From an uncultured Chloroflexia bacterium (GTDB lineage: Bacteria > Chloroflexota > Limnocylindria > Limnocylindrales > CSP1-4): a stretch of 64,000 nt of DNA. The translations under genes and the position numbers were made by a program. The notes beneath the pieces are model-generated. The model was not told where the DNA came from and searched no databases. It was given only the letters and a program-made list of their open reading frames with translations. Every line of letters starts with the position of its first letter. Positions within the stretch are counted from its first letter, which is position 1. Location: assembly GCA_963763775.1 (NCBI GenBank), contig CAVXPZ010000003.1, positions 807,679 to 871,678 of the forward strand. The letters run 5' to 3'. This document shows, piece by piece, positions 51,406 through 61,406 of this stretch.

Positions 51406-52575
51406 ATGACCGAGACCCTCTCGAAGGGTGCCGCCAACCAGGCGGGCGCCCGGGTCGACGCGGACGCCTACGCCAAGGCGGCCGACTTCCTGCCCCTCAA
51501 CGGCATCGACCACGTCGAGTTCTGGGTGGGGAACGCCCGCCAGGCGTCGGCGTACTACCGGGCGCTGTGGGGCTTCACCCCGGTGGCGTTCAGCGGCCTC
51601 GAGACCAAGGTCCGCGACCGCGCGAGTTACGTGATGGTCCAGAACGACATCCGGTTCGTGTTCACCGCGCCGCTGACCCCCGACGGCGAGATCGCCGAGC
51701 ACGTCCGGGCGCACGGCGACGGCGTCCATGACATCGCGTTCTCGGTCGACGACGTCGAGTCCGCCTGGCGCGAGACGACGACGCGCGGCGCGGTCTCGGC
51801 CTGGGCCCCGACCGAGCTGGACGGCGGCGAGGACGGCGTCCTCCGGACCGCCGCGATCCACACGTACGGCGAGACGTTGCACTCGTTCGTGGACCGGCGC
51901 GACTACCAGGGCGCCTTCGCGCCCGGATATCGCGCGGTCAAGCGACCCGCCCGCGCCGCGGACGGCCTCTCACTCCTCGAGGTGGACCACTGCGTCGGGA
52001 ACGTCGGGCTCGGCGACATGGACCGGTTCGTCGACTACTACCGCGACGTCCTCGGCTTCGCGCAGCTGATCCACTACGACGACAAGGTCATCCACACCGA
52101 CTACAGCGCGCTGATGTCGAAGGTCATGACCAACGGCAACGGCCGCATCAAGTTCCCCATCAACGAGCCGGCGACGGGCAAGAAGAAGAGCCAGATCCAG
52201 GAATACCTCGACTGGTACCACTCGCCCGGCTGCCAGCACATCGCGCTGCGGACGGAGGACATCGTCAGCACGGTCCGGCGGCTGCGTGACAACGGCGTCG
52301 AGTTCCTCGGCCTTCCGCACGAGTACTACGCCACGCTGGCGGACCGCGTCGGCGACGTCGGCGTGCCGATGGACGTGCTCGAGGAACTCGGCATCGAGGC
52401 CGACCGCGACGAGGAGGGCTACCTCCTCCAGATCTTCAGCCGACCCGTCCAGGACCGCCCGACGTTCTTCTTCGAGATCATCGAGCGCCACGGCTCGCGC
52501 GGGTTCGGCGTCGGCAACTTCAAGGCGCTCTTCGAGGCGATCGAGCGCGAGCAGGAGAAGCGCGGGAACCTCTAG
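51406..52575 (+). CDS. hppD: 4-hydroxyphenylpyruvate dioxygenase
   Basis: HGDGV.DIAF, DHCVGNV, PINEP, SQIQEYL, QHIAL, LLQIF, GFGVGNFKALF. Confidence 0.97.
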   Translation: MTETLSKGAANQAGARVDADAYAKAADFLPLNGIDHVEFWVGNARQASAYYRALWGFTPVAFSGLETKVRDRASYVMVQNDIRFVFTAPLTPDGEIAEHVRAHGDGVHDIAFSVDDVESAWRETTTRGAVSAWAPTELDGGEDGVLRTAAIHTYGETLHSFVDRRDYQGAFAPGYRAVKRPARAADGLSLLEVDHCVGNVGLGDMDRFVDYYRDVLGFAQLIHYDDKVIHTDYSALMSKVMTNGNGRIKFPINEPATGKKKSQIQEYLDWYHSPGCQHIALRTEDIVSTVRRLRDNGVEFLGLPHEYYATLADRVGDVGVPMDVLEELGIEADRDEEGYLLQIFSRPVQDRPTFFFEIIERHGSRGFGVGNFKALFEAIEREQEKRGNL

Positions 52576-53550
52576 ACGGACGAAAGCGCGGGACCCGTGA
52601 CCAGGCCCCGCGCATCCAGGGTCGAGATCAGCTCGCCGACGATGAACCGGAACGAGTCGATGACAGGCTGGGCCGCGGCGATGATCGCATCCATCGCCGT
52701 CTTGTCGGATGGCCCCGCGACGTAGATCACGACCGTCTTGCCGTTCACGTCGAGGAAGGTCAGATACAAGGCGTCGACGTCCTGGAGCCCTCGCATCCGC
52801 GACGGCGGGGTGCCCGTGTCGGTGATCAGGAAGGCGTACGGGCGAGCCGATGTCACGGACATGTCTCGCTCCAAGACGGCGCCAGGCGGACCTGCACGGA
52901 CTGTCCCTTGAGACCGCCGATGTCGATCGTCTCGCGGCGTCGTGACGACGAGGCCCGGATGGCTCGTCAGGAAGTCGACGAAGTCCTGGACCGTGGCCCC
53001 GGCGCCGGCCTTCTGCGCGGGCGTGCACGTCGCGTTCTGCTCGGCGATCGCCGCCTGCGACATGACGTTGATCTCCGGGAACGGGGCCGTCCCCGTGTCG
53101 ACCAGGCGGTAGCCGCGAGCCACGTCCTCGTTGTTCTCCCAGCCGGCGGGCGTCGTGAACGACACCGCGGGCTCGAACTGGTCCGACGTGTGGTCGCCTG
53201 CGGGCAGGGCACCGGCACAGTCGGTGGTGTCGTTGACGCAGGTGCTTGCCGATCCGGCCGGCGACGGAGCCGGCCGACGGCGTCGCCGACGGCGCCGCGA
53301 CCTGCGGGGAACTGCCCCCGCGGAGCAGGCCGAACGTGACGAGGCCGATGACGACGATGGCCGCGATCGCGGCGCCGAACTTGAGGGTCGGGGTCATGTG
53401 GATGGTCCTCCGGTCGAGGCGCCATCCGGGTCGTTGGGACTGACGGGCGATCCGGTCCGCGACCACGTCGACGACGCGGTCGGGGGCCTCGGATGGTCCG
53501 TCGGCGAACCAGTGGTCGAGCAATCGTTCGATGTCGCGTTCGTGCGTCAT
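52572..53550 (-). CDS. putative anti-sigma/sensor 6 (several frameshifts)
   Basis: WFADGPSEAPDRVV..QR..RRTIHM, TM helix, then FEPAVSFTTPAGW..FLTSHP..VIDSFRF module. Confidence 0.8.
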
Positions 53551-54098
53551 GCCGAACGACCTCCTTCGACCGCGACCCGGGCGTCCGCGTCGAGCGCGGC
53601 CCGCATGGCGCGGTGGGCGTGGTGGAGTCGAGAGCGGGCCGTCCCGGCCGGGATGCCGAGGGTCTCGGCGATCTCGGACGGGGCGTACCCGAGGTAGTGG
53701 TGCATGGCGAGGATCGCCCGTTGTTCGGGCGACAGCCGTCGGAACCCGCGTTCGAGCAGGTCCCGGTCGGCGATGGTGAGCAGGTCATCCGGGGCGGCCG
53801 GTCCATCGACCGGGAGCACGCGGAGATTGGCGGTGCGACGACGCTCGCGCGTCGCCTGGGCGATGCAGACGTTGACGACGAGGCGATGCAGCCACGCATC
53901 GAAGCGGTCCGGATCGCGGAGTCCCCGCAGGTCGCGCCAGGCGATCACCAGCGCGTCCTGGAGGGCATCCTCGGCCCGATCGATGTCGCGCAGGATCCGC
54001 TGGGCGAGCGCGAAGAGCCGGTCACTCCGAACACGGATCAGGTCGACATACGCCGCCTGGTCCCCGTTCCGTGCCGCCTCGACGAGATCGCGATCCAC
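53547..54098 (-). CDS. ECF RNA polymerase sigma factor 6
   Basis: AEDALQDALVIAW and GIPAGTARSRLHHA. Confidence 0.95.
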   Translation of the reverse strand: MDRDLVEAARNGDQAAYVDLIRVRSDRLFALAQRILRDIDRAEDALQDALVIAWRDLRGLRDPDRFDAWLHRLVVNVCIAQATRERRRTANLRVLPVDGPAAPDDLLTIADRDLLERGFRRLSPEQRAILAMHHYLGYAPSEIAETLGIPAGTARSRLHHAHRAMRAALDADARVAVEGGRSA

Positions 54099-54143
54099 CT
54101 GCGCCGCCTTGTCGTCGCGCCCAGCGGGGGCGCCGTCCGACCA

Positions 54144-54173
54144 CTATGGTCGAGCGCGTCCCGCCAGCGTTCA
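54144..54173 (-). promoter_or_regulatory. ECF-type promoter of cassette 6
   Basis: TGAACG-17-ACCATAG. Confidence 0.75.
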
Positions 54174-54227
54174 ATCAACGCACCGGCCTTGCTACGATCG
54201 TGCCTCGGTGGAAGGGAGGAGGTCGCC

Positions 54228-54719
54228 GTGGTGTTCTACCCGTGGGTCGTCATCAGTCATGTGGTGTTCGTGATCCTCGCCTTCGGCGCACATGGGGTCT
54301 CGGCGTTCGCGATGTTCCGCGTCAAGCGCGAGACGGACCGGGTCCGGATGGCCGCGGTGCTGGACTTGTCGAACACCTCGCTCGTCGCGGCGGGGATCGG
54401 CCTGCTGGTGGCCGTCGTGCTCGGGATCGTCGCTGCGATCATGGGCGGACACTTCAGCCGGACGTGGCCGTGGGCGGCCATCGCGGTCGTCGTGATCGTC
54501 TGGATCGCGATGTCGCCGCTCGCGGCGAATCCCCTGGCGAGCGTCCGCTACGCGCTGGGGCTGCCGTCGCGGAAGGACAAGAAGGGCGAGCCGCCGCAGC
54601 CGCGCTCCGACGCCGAGCTGACGGCCGCGCAGGCCAGCCTTCGACCGCACCTGGTCGCCGTCGTGGGGATCGTCGCGATCGTCATCCTCGTGTGGCTGAT
54701 GGAGGCGAAGCCGTTCTGA
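54228..54719 (+). CDS. four-TM membrane protein (DUF2269-like)
   Basis: GGAGGAGG RBS; N-terminal SHV..HG, four helices, terminal LMEAKPF. Confidence 0.75.
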   Translation: MVFYPWVVISHVVFVILAFGAHGVSAFAMFRVKRETDRVRMAAVLDLSNTSLVAAGIGLLVAVVLGIVAAIMGGHFSRTWPWAAIAVVVIVWIAMSPLAANPLASVRYALGLPSRKDKKGEPPQPRSDAELTAAQASLRPHLVAVVGIVAIVILVWLMEAKPF

Positions 54720-54736
54720 CCCGTGTCGCCGGTGCC

Positions 54737-55168
54737 GTGGCCGGCGTCTTCGCGCTCGTGGTGCTCCTGACCGGATGCGCGTCCGGATCGCCAGCGCCGG
54801 CGGCCGCCCTCGTGGGGACGTCGTGGACGGTCACGTCGATCGCGAAGGAGGACACGACGGCCACGCCCCCGACGATGGTCTTCGGGGCGGATTCGTCGAT
54901 CAGCGGGACGACCGGCTGCAACCAGTACACCGGCAGCTACGAGACGGACGGGGCCAAGATCACGATCGGATCGATCGCCTCGACGGCGATGGCATGCGTC
55001 GATCCGGACGTGTCCGCACAGGCAGCCGACTTCCTCGCTGCGCTGGGCGGGGCGGTCAGCTGGGAGATCCAGCCGGACGGCAAGCTCGAGATCCGGGCGC
55101 CATCGGCGATCACGGACCTGAAGGGCACCGCCGATATCGTGGCCGTGCCGGCCGGGGCGACTGACTAG
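54737..55168 (+). CDS. META-domain lipoprotein (HslJ-like; start uncertain)
   Basis: Lipobox LTGC, LVGTSWTV, GTTGCNQY.G.Y, ASTAMAC. Confidence 0.85.
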   Translation: MAGVFALVVLLTGCASGSPAPAAALVGTSWTVTSIAKEDTTATPPTMVFGADSSISGTTGCNQYTGSYETDGAKITIGSIASTAMACVDPDVSAQAADFLAALGGAVSWEIQPDGKLEIRAPSAITDLKGTADIVAVPAGATD

Positions 55169-55177
55169 ACTCCTGCG

Positions 55178-56194
55178 ATGCGGATCGCCCACGTTCGCGA
55201 GACAGCACGCGCCGGCCGGTACGCCTTGGCGGCTCGCGGCGGCGTTGGACGCGGGGGAGACGCCGGCGCGCTGGCTGGACCTGGACGTGGCCCGACGTCG
55301 GGCCGCCGCCGCCCGACCGGAGCTCGCCCACGACGCCGTCCTGTTCCGGCAGCCGCTGACGACGCTCGACGATCTTCTGGCTCGGCGGCTGCGCGTCGAG
55401 ACCCTGCGCGAGCTGGTCGAGGGGTTCGTCGCCCGCGACGAGGACGATCCGGCGGTGCTGTGCGGCGGCGGACCTCCGCTTCGGGCCCCCGGTCCTGTCG
55501 CCACCGTCGCTGCGCGACTTCTACGCCTTCGAGCAGCACGTCCGGACCGTCTGGCAACGTCGCGGCGGCGAGGTGCCGGACATCTGGTACCGGCTGCCCG
55601 TCTTCTACTTCAGCAACGTGTCGGAGGTGCGCGGGCCGGACGACCCGGTCTGGGCGCCGGCGGCCTCAGCCGAGCTGGACTACGAGCTTGAGGTCGCGGC
55701 GCTCATCGACACGCCGGCCATCGACCTCGCGCCGGAGCGGGCGGAGGAGGCCATCGGCGGGTTCATGAGTCTTCAACGACTGGTCGGCCCGTGATCTGCA
55801 GCGCGAGGAGACCGTCGTGCGGCTCGGCCCGGCCAAGGGCAAGGACTTCGCGAGCTCGATCGGGCCGTACCTCGTCACCCCGGACGAGCTGGCGGACGCG
55901 CGATCCGGGACGGGCTACGACCTGGCCATGACGGCGACGGTGAACGGCCGGGAGACCAGCCGTGGCCGGTGGTCCGACGCCCATTTCTCGTTCGGCGAGA
56001 TGGTCGCGCGGGCGTCGGCGGATGCCCGACTGCGAGCCGGCGACCTCATCGGCAGCGGGACGGTCGGGACCGGTTGCCTCCTCGAGATCCGCGATGCGAC
56101 GCTCGGGCGCTATCTTGCCCCCGACGACGAGGTCGTCCTGCGAATCGAGCGGCTCGGCACGCTTCGCACGCCCATCGTGACACGACCGACGTGA
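55178..56194 (+). CDS. fumarylacetoacetate hydrolase family protein (three apparent frameshifts)
   Basis: LRDFYAFEQHV, PVFYFSN, LDYELE, NDWSARD, AKGKDFA, GSGTVGTGC across frames; lies between hppD and hmgA. Confidence 0.88.
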
Positions 56195-56212
56195 GCTGAC
56201 GACGTCGAAGAT

Positions 56213-56242
56213 CGAACCATCGGCCGCCTCGGCGACTCAACG
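56213..56242 (+). promoter_or_regulatory. ECF-type promoter of cassette 7
   Basis: CGAACC-17-CTCAACG (divergent -10). Confidence 0.6.
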
Positions 56243-56285
56243 GGGATGAGCGTCCAGGTCGGACGCCATTTGGAGGACCGGGTGG

Positions 56286-56837
56286 GTGCAACGAGCACTC
56301 GTTGACCTGGCTCGTCGGGGCGATGAGGAAGCGTTCGCCGATCTCGCACGTGCGGTCGGTGATCGGCTGATGGCGATCGCGTTCAGGATCCTTCGCGACG
56401 CCGATCGAGCCGAGGACGCAGTCCAGCAAGCCCTGGTGACGGCCTGGCGTGAGCTGCCATCGCTGCGCGACGACGACCGGTTCGACGCCTGGCTTCGGCG
56501 GATCCTCGTCCATGCGTGCTACGCGGAGGCGAGGCGACGACGGAGCTGGGCCGCCAACGTCCGAGTCCTGCCGGTCGACGGACCGGACGGCCGCGACGAC
56601 CTGGCGTCCGTCATCGAACGAGACCGACTCGAGCGCGGCTTCCGGCGCCTGTCGCCGGAGCAGAGCGCGATCTTCGTCCTGCATCACTACGTGGGGCTGA
56701 CGCTCCCCGAGGTCGCCGAGGAGCTCGGCGTGCCCCTGGGGACCGTCAAGTCCCGCCTGCACTACGCCACTCAGGCTCTCCGGGCGGCGCTCGACGCCGA
56801 TGCCCGGTCGGCCACATCGACGGAGCGTCTCGCATGA
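56286..56837 (+). CDS. ECF RNA polymerase sigma factor 7
   Basis: AEDAVQQALVTAW and GVPLGTVKSRLHYA. Confidence 0.95.
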   Translation: MQRALVDLARRGDEEAFADLARAVGDRLMAIAFRILRDADRAEDAVQQALVTAWRELPSLRDDDRFDAWLRRILVHACYAEARRRRSWAANVRVLPVDGPDGRDDLASVIERDRLERGFRRLSPEQSAIFVLHHYVGLTLPEVAEELGVPLGTVKSRLHYATQALRAALDADARSATSTERLA

Positions 56838-58147
56838 CCACCGACCGCGACTTCGACCGGATCGCCGAGGCCTGGCTGGCCGACGGCCCGGAGGAACTCT
56901 CCGTTCGGGTGCTCGACGCCGTCGTCGATGAGATCCACACGACACGACAGCGGCATGCCCTGCGCCTGCCGTGGAGGTTCCCAACGATGACCATGCCCGT
57001 TCGCGCCGCGGCGATCGTCGCCGTCGGTGCCCTCGTCGTGGCCGGGGTCGCCGTGCTCGGCGGCGCCGGTCGTGGCGGACCCAGCCCATCACAAGCGCCC
57101 GCGGCCAGTGCCCCGGCCGCGGTCCAGCCGTCGGACGCGCCGTCAACGATCCTCTCGACCGCCGGACTGCCGGTCCTCGACACGCTCTTCACGTCGCCGC
57201 GAAACGGCTACAGCGTGAAGTATCCATCCGGCTGGACCGTCAACCCGGGGACGGCGTCCTGGCACCTCGGCAAGCCGATCCTCTGGGGCGACCCAGCGAT
57301 GGACGCGATCCAGACGAGCGACGCCCGATTCGTGGCGGCGGCGCAAAAGCTCGGCGACGGCCAGACCGCCGACCAATGGCTCAAGGCCTATTGCCTCAGC
57401 GGGGCGAACGACATCGGCCAGTGCGACAGCGTGCCGGCGTCCTGGGAGCCGGTGACGATCGCCTCCTCCGCCCAAGGCTCCGGGATCAAGGGGTACATCG
57501 ACCTCGACGGCGTCGCTGCCGCCGGCGGCACGATCGTGCCCGGGGGAAAGGTCTTCGACGCCGTGGCCGTCGATGGGAACACCGCCTACGCCTTCACGCT
57601 GGACGGCGACGTCGACCGCCCGACGTTCGACGCGTTCCTCGCGAGCATCCACCTCTACCCAAGTTCGCTCGTCAGCGTCCCGGAGTTGACGAAGACGTTC
57701 ACCTCGCCGATGTTCGGCTACTCCATCGGGGTCGCACCGTCCTGGAACGTGGTGCCAGCGACGAAGAAGTGGACAGGCGTCGATACCGGCGTGCTGGATG
57801 GGATCGACATCTCTGGCACGGACACGTCATCTGGGGCCGCGTCACAGGCACTTGGCAACAAGACGTTCGAACAGTTCCTTGACGCGTTCCACGCCAACGA
57901 GATGCAGGGAGTTCCCGCGGGATGTGACGGGGGTGACCCGTCGACCTGGCCGTCCGTTCAGGTCGGTGACCAAGTCGGAAGGCTGGAGCAGCTGTGCAAC
58001 GCCGCCGAGGTCCTCGTCCACGTCGGCGATCGCGTCTACGTCTTCGAGTGGGGGAGCCAGACCTTCGATGGCGAGCAGCACTTCTCGTTCCCCTCCTGGA
58101 AGGAGCTGCTCACATCCGTGACATTCGACCCCGCGTCGGCCAAGTAG
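56834..58147 (+). CDS. putative anti-sigma/sensor 7 with two PsbP-like ectodomains
   Basis: WLADGPEE..TRQR..PWRFPTM, TM helix, two FTSP..GYS...P..W domains. Confidence 0.85.
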   Translation: MTTDRDFDRIAEAWLADGPEELSVRVLDAVVDEIHTTRQRHALRLPWRFPTMTMPVRAAAIVAVGALVVAGVAVLGGAGRGGPSPSQAPAASAPAAVQPSDAPSTILSTAGLPVLDTLFTSPRNGYSVKYPSGWTVNPGTASWHLGKPILWGDPAMDAIQTSDARFVAAAQKLGDGQTADQWLKAYCLSGANDIGQCDSVPASWEPVTIASSAQGSGIKGYIDLDGVAAAGGTIVPGGKVFDAVAVDGNTAYAFTLDGDVDRPTFDAFLASIHLYPSSLVSVPELTKTFTSPMFGYSIGVAPSWNVVPATKKWTGVDTGVLDGIDISGTDTSSGAASQALGNKTFEQFLDAFHANEMQGVPAGCDGGDPSTWPSVQVGDQVGRLEQLCNAAEVLVHVGDRVYVFEWGSQTFDGEQHFSFPSWKELLTSVTFDPASAK

Positions 58148-58163
58148 CCCGGCCTCACACCCG

Positions 58164-58194
58164 CGACGACCCCGGTCACCGGCCGGGGTCGTCG
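58164..58194 (+). terminator. GC-rich hairpin after cassette 7
   Basis: CGACGACCCCGG / CCGGGGTCGTCG inverted repeat; weak U-tract. Confidence 0.55.
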
Positions 58195-58231
58195 TCTGTC
58201 CGCCGGACTCGCCACGCGCCATCATTCGGGT

Positions 58232-58754
58232 GTGGACATCCGGATCGATCCGATGACGGCCGCCGACTGGCTCGAGGTCCGGCGCATCTACGCCGAGGGG
58301 ATCGCGACCGGCGATGCCACGCTCGAACGCGAGGCGCCCGACTGGCAGCACTTCGACCACTCACACCCCGCAGGTCTGCCGGTTCGTGGCCCGGGACATC
58401 GCCGCCGCCGATGGCGACGCTGCTGCCCCGATCCTCGGCTGGGTCGCCCTCTCCGCGTACTCGAGCCGTCGTGTCTACTCGGGCGTCGCGTGGGAGAGCG
58501 TCTACGTGGCCGCCGAGGCACGCGGCCGGGGGGTCGGTCGAGCGCTGCTCGAGACGCTCATCCAGGCCTCGGAGGCCGCGGGCTTCTGGACACTGCTCGC
58601 CGGCGTCCTTGCCGAGAACGCGGCCAGCCTCGCCCTCCACGATCGCGTCGGCTTCCGGCGCGTCGGCGTGAACCGGCGGATGGGCCAGGACGTGCACGGC
58701 CGGTGGCGCGACGTCGTCCAGCTCGAGCGGCGAAGCACGACGGTCCCCGACTGA
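58232..58754 (+). CDS. GNAT acetyltransferase, Pat/YncA-like (frameshift near 58370)
   Basis: IYAEGIATG.AT, YSGVA.ESVYV, RGRGVG, NAASLALH..GF, WRDV. Confidence 0.88.
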
Positions 58755-58767
58755 CCGCAGCGCGGTC

Positions 58768-58798
58768 TGAACGTTCCGTCCCGACCCTCCCGTCATAG
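58768..58798 (+). promoter_or_regulatory. ECF-type promoter of cassette 8
   Basis: TGAACG-18-GTCATAG. Confidence 0.75.
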
Positions 58799-58842
58799 TG
58801 GGTAGTCCACGGCCATCGAGGTCGTGGCGACCGGAGGTCAAG

Positions 58843-59400
58843 GTGGATCGAGACCTGGTCGAGCAGGCCCGTCGGGGAGATCGCGAAGCGTTCGCCGTCC
58901 TGGTGCATCAGGTCAGCGATTCGCTCTACGCGGTCGCTCAGCGGATCCTGCGGGACTCGGCTCTCGCCGAGGACGCGCTGCAGAACGCCCTGGTCCTCGC
59001 CTGGCGTCGGATCCCGCACCTGCGGGAGCCGGACCGGTTCGAGGCCTGGATCCACCGGATCCTCGTCCATGCCTGCTACGACGAATCGCAGCGGGCTCGC
59101 CAATGGGTCGCCACCGTCCGTGTCCTGCCCGTCGATGGGCCATCGACACCGGATGGGAGCGCGGCACTCGCCGACCGCGACGAACTGGAGCGGGCGTTCC
59201 GCCGGCTCCCGGTCGACCAGCGGGCGGTCTTCGTCCTGCACCACTACCTCGGGCTGCCCTTGGTGGAGATCGCCCAGATGCTGGAGATCCCCGCCGGGAC
59301 GGCCCGATCGCGACTGCACTACGCCACTCGCGGCCTTCGTGATGCCCTCGCGGCAGACGCGGAGACCGAAGCCGCGATCCAGGGAGGACGACTCGCATGA
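58843..59400 (+). CDS. ECF RNA polymerase sigma factor 8
   Basis: AEDALQNALVLAW and EIPAGTARSRLHYA; GGAGG RBS and GTG start. Confidence 0.95.
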   Translation: MDRDLVEQARRGDREAFAVLVHQVSDSLYAVAQRILRDSALAEDALQNALVLAWRRIPHLREPDRFEAWIHRILVHACYDESQRARQWVATVRVLPVDGPSTPDGSAALADRDELERAFRRLPVDQRAVFVLHHYLGLPLVEIAQMLEIPAGTARSRLHYATRGLRDALAADAETEAAIQGGRLA

Positions 59401-60711
59401 CCGACGACCGCTCGCTCGAACGCGCCGCTCGGTCGTGGCTCGAGGTCGGGCCCACGCAGGCGCCTCCGGGCGCCGTCGAGGCCGCGCTCCTCCGCATCGA
59501 GACGACACCACAGGAACGGGGTCTCCGGATCCCGTGGAGGTTCGACATCATGACTACCCCCGTTCGCGTCGGGCTGGTCGCCGTCCTCGGCGTCCTGCTC
59601 GTCGGCGGCAGCGTCGCGCTGCTCGGCAAACCCGGGCAACCCGCCGGCGTCCCCGCCGTTTCGACCCCCGCCCGCCACCGCGAGTCCCACCGCGACACCA
59701 GCGGCCAGCGCGTCGCCGTCCGCGCCCGCGGCCGACTACTCGACCATGGCCGGCCGGATCCTCGTCGAGCATCTCGGCAACGCCATCGACAGCTCCGAGA
59801 TGCCCACCACCGACTACCACCCGGACCGCCGCCGGTTCTACTTCATGGATCCGGCCACGATGACCGGCGCGACCGCGGTCGAGTTCCTGCCCAATCAGCC
59901 GACCACCGGCAAGACCGCCGCGGACATCTCGAGCGACCACTCGAAGATCGTCTTCCAGGACTTCGCCGACAAGCCGAAGCTCTACGAGGCCAACCTCGAC
60001 GGCACGGGCTTCCACCAGATCCCGATCGAATGCGATTGCGAGCTGCTCTACCCCGACTACGACCCGACCGCGACGAAGATCGTCTACGTCCGGGTCGAGG
60101 GCGGGAAGAGCTGGCTCGAGATCCGCGACCTGACGAGTGACAAGACCACGAAGCTTGATTCGACGGTCGGGCCGGCCAGCGACGCCGTCCCGGAGCAGCC
60201 CGCCTGGTCGCCCGACGGCAAGACCATCGCGTTCAGCCGGCTGACCTGGGGCCCGGGTGGCGCCGACTCACGGGTCGTCGGCACGATCCACTACGGGGAT
60301 GCGCCGCCCGCGTCGGGCGTGCTCTCGCTCCTGGACGTGGCGACGGGCAAGGTGACCGACCTGCCGGTGCCCACAGGCCAGTTGCCTGGCGACGCCAACT
60401 GGTCGCCGGACGGGACGACCATCGTCTTCACGTCGGGTCCGGCGTCGACGACCGGGAGCAACTCGCGGGATGCCCGGCACCGATGGGATGCGGCGCATCA
60501 ACGCCGATGGCACCGGCTACTCGGTCCTGCCAGGGTTGGGGCGGACCTGAGTACTTGCCCGACGGCCAGCACATCCTCTACTAGCGACAACATGTGGATG
60601 GAGCGGCCGGATGGTAGCGATGCCCGGCCCGTCAACGTCGAGGCGATGGACCTCTCGGACCTCCCGCAGGGGTTCGCGTACATCGGCCACTGGATCCCGG
60701 ACGCGCCATGA
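59397..60711 (+). CDS. putative anti-sigma/sensor 8 with TolB-like propeller (frameshift near 59670)
   Basis: WLEVGP..TPQER..PWRFDIM, TM helix, WSPDG repeats. Confidence 0.83.
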
Positions 60712-60778
60712 GCGCCTGACGATCCGTTCCCGACCGGTCTCCGCCACGGGGGCCGGTCGTTCGATTCCCAGGCCGACA

Positions 60779-60808
60779 TGAACGTTTCGCCTCGAGCCGG
60801 CTCCATAC
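60779..60808 (+). promoter_or_regulatory. ECF-type promoter of cassette 9
   Basis: TGAACG-17-TCCATAC. Confidence 0.75.
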
Positions 60809-60851
60809 TCGGTGAAGGGGCCAACCGGGCTCCACGACCCTGGGGTCGGAC

Positions 60852-61406
60852 ATGCAGGCCGAGCTCGTCGAGCGAGCGAGACGCGGGGATCAGGAAGCGT
60901 TCGCCTCGATCGCCGCCGCCTCGGTCGACCGCTGCTATGCCCTCGCGTACCGCATCCTGCGTGACCCGCATCGAGCGCAGGACGCCGCTCAGCAGGCACT
61001 GCTCGGCGCGTGGCGCGACCTGCCTCGCCTCCGTGACATCGACCGGTTCGATGCGTGGCTGTACCGCCTGGTCGTCCACGCCTGCTATGCCGAATCCCGT
61101 GGCGACCGGCGTTGGAACGCCCGCGTCCGCCTCATCTCCAACGACCTTCCCGACAGTCCCGACGTGGCGCGCTCCGTCGCTGCGCGGGACGAACTCGATG
61201 GCGCCTTCCGCGAGCTGACTCCGGAACAGCGAGCGGTGGTCGTCCTGCACCACCACCTGGGCTATCCCCTAAAGGAGATCGCGGAGATCCTGGGCATCCC
61301 CACCGGGACCGCGCGGTCCCGACTCCACTACGCGGTCCGTCAGCTGCGGACCGTGCTCGACGCGGACGATCGTCTCCCGGCGACGTCGAAGGAGCGATCC
61401 GCATGA
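60852..61406 (+). CDS. ECF RNA polymerase sigma factor 9
   Basis: AQDAAQQALLGAW and GIPTGTARSRLHYA. Confidence 0.95.
   Translation: MQAELVERARRGDQEAFASIAAASVDRCYALAYRILRDPHRAQDAAQQALLGAWRDLPRLRDIDRFDAWLYRLVVHACYAESRGDRRWNARVRLISNDLPDSPDVARSVAARDELDGAFRELTPEQRAVVVLHHHLGYPLKEIAEILGIPTGTARSRLHYAVRQLRTVLDADDRLPATSKERSA

Noticed and set aside
1-60711. About 20 frameshifted genes (ppc, ABC permease, ctaC, ctaE, S9 peptidase, FAH, GNAT, four anti-sigmas) read as pseudogenes, phase variation or programmed frameshifting
   Set aside because: Indels hit core and accessory genes alike, often near short G/C runs, with intact catalytic motifs and no shared slippery motif. Long-read assembly error is the simplest explanation; read mapping is needed to confirm.
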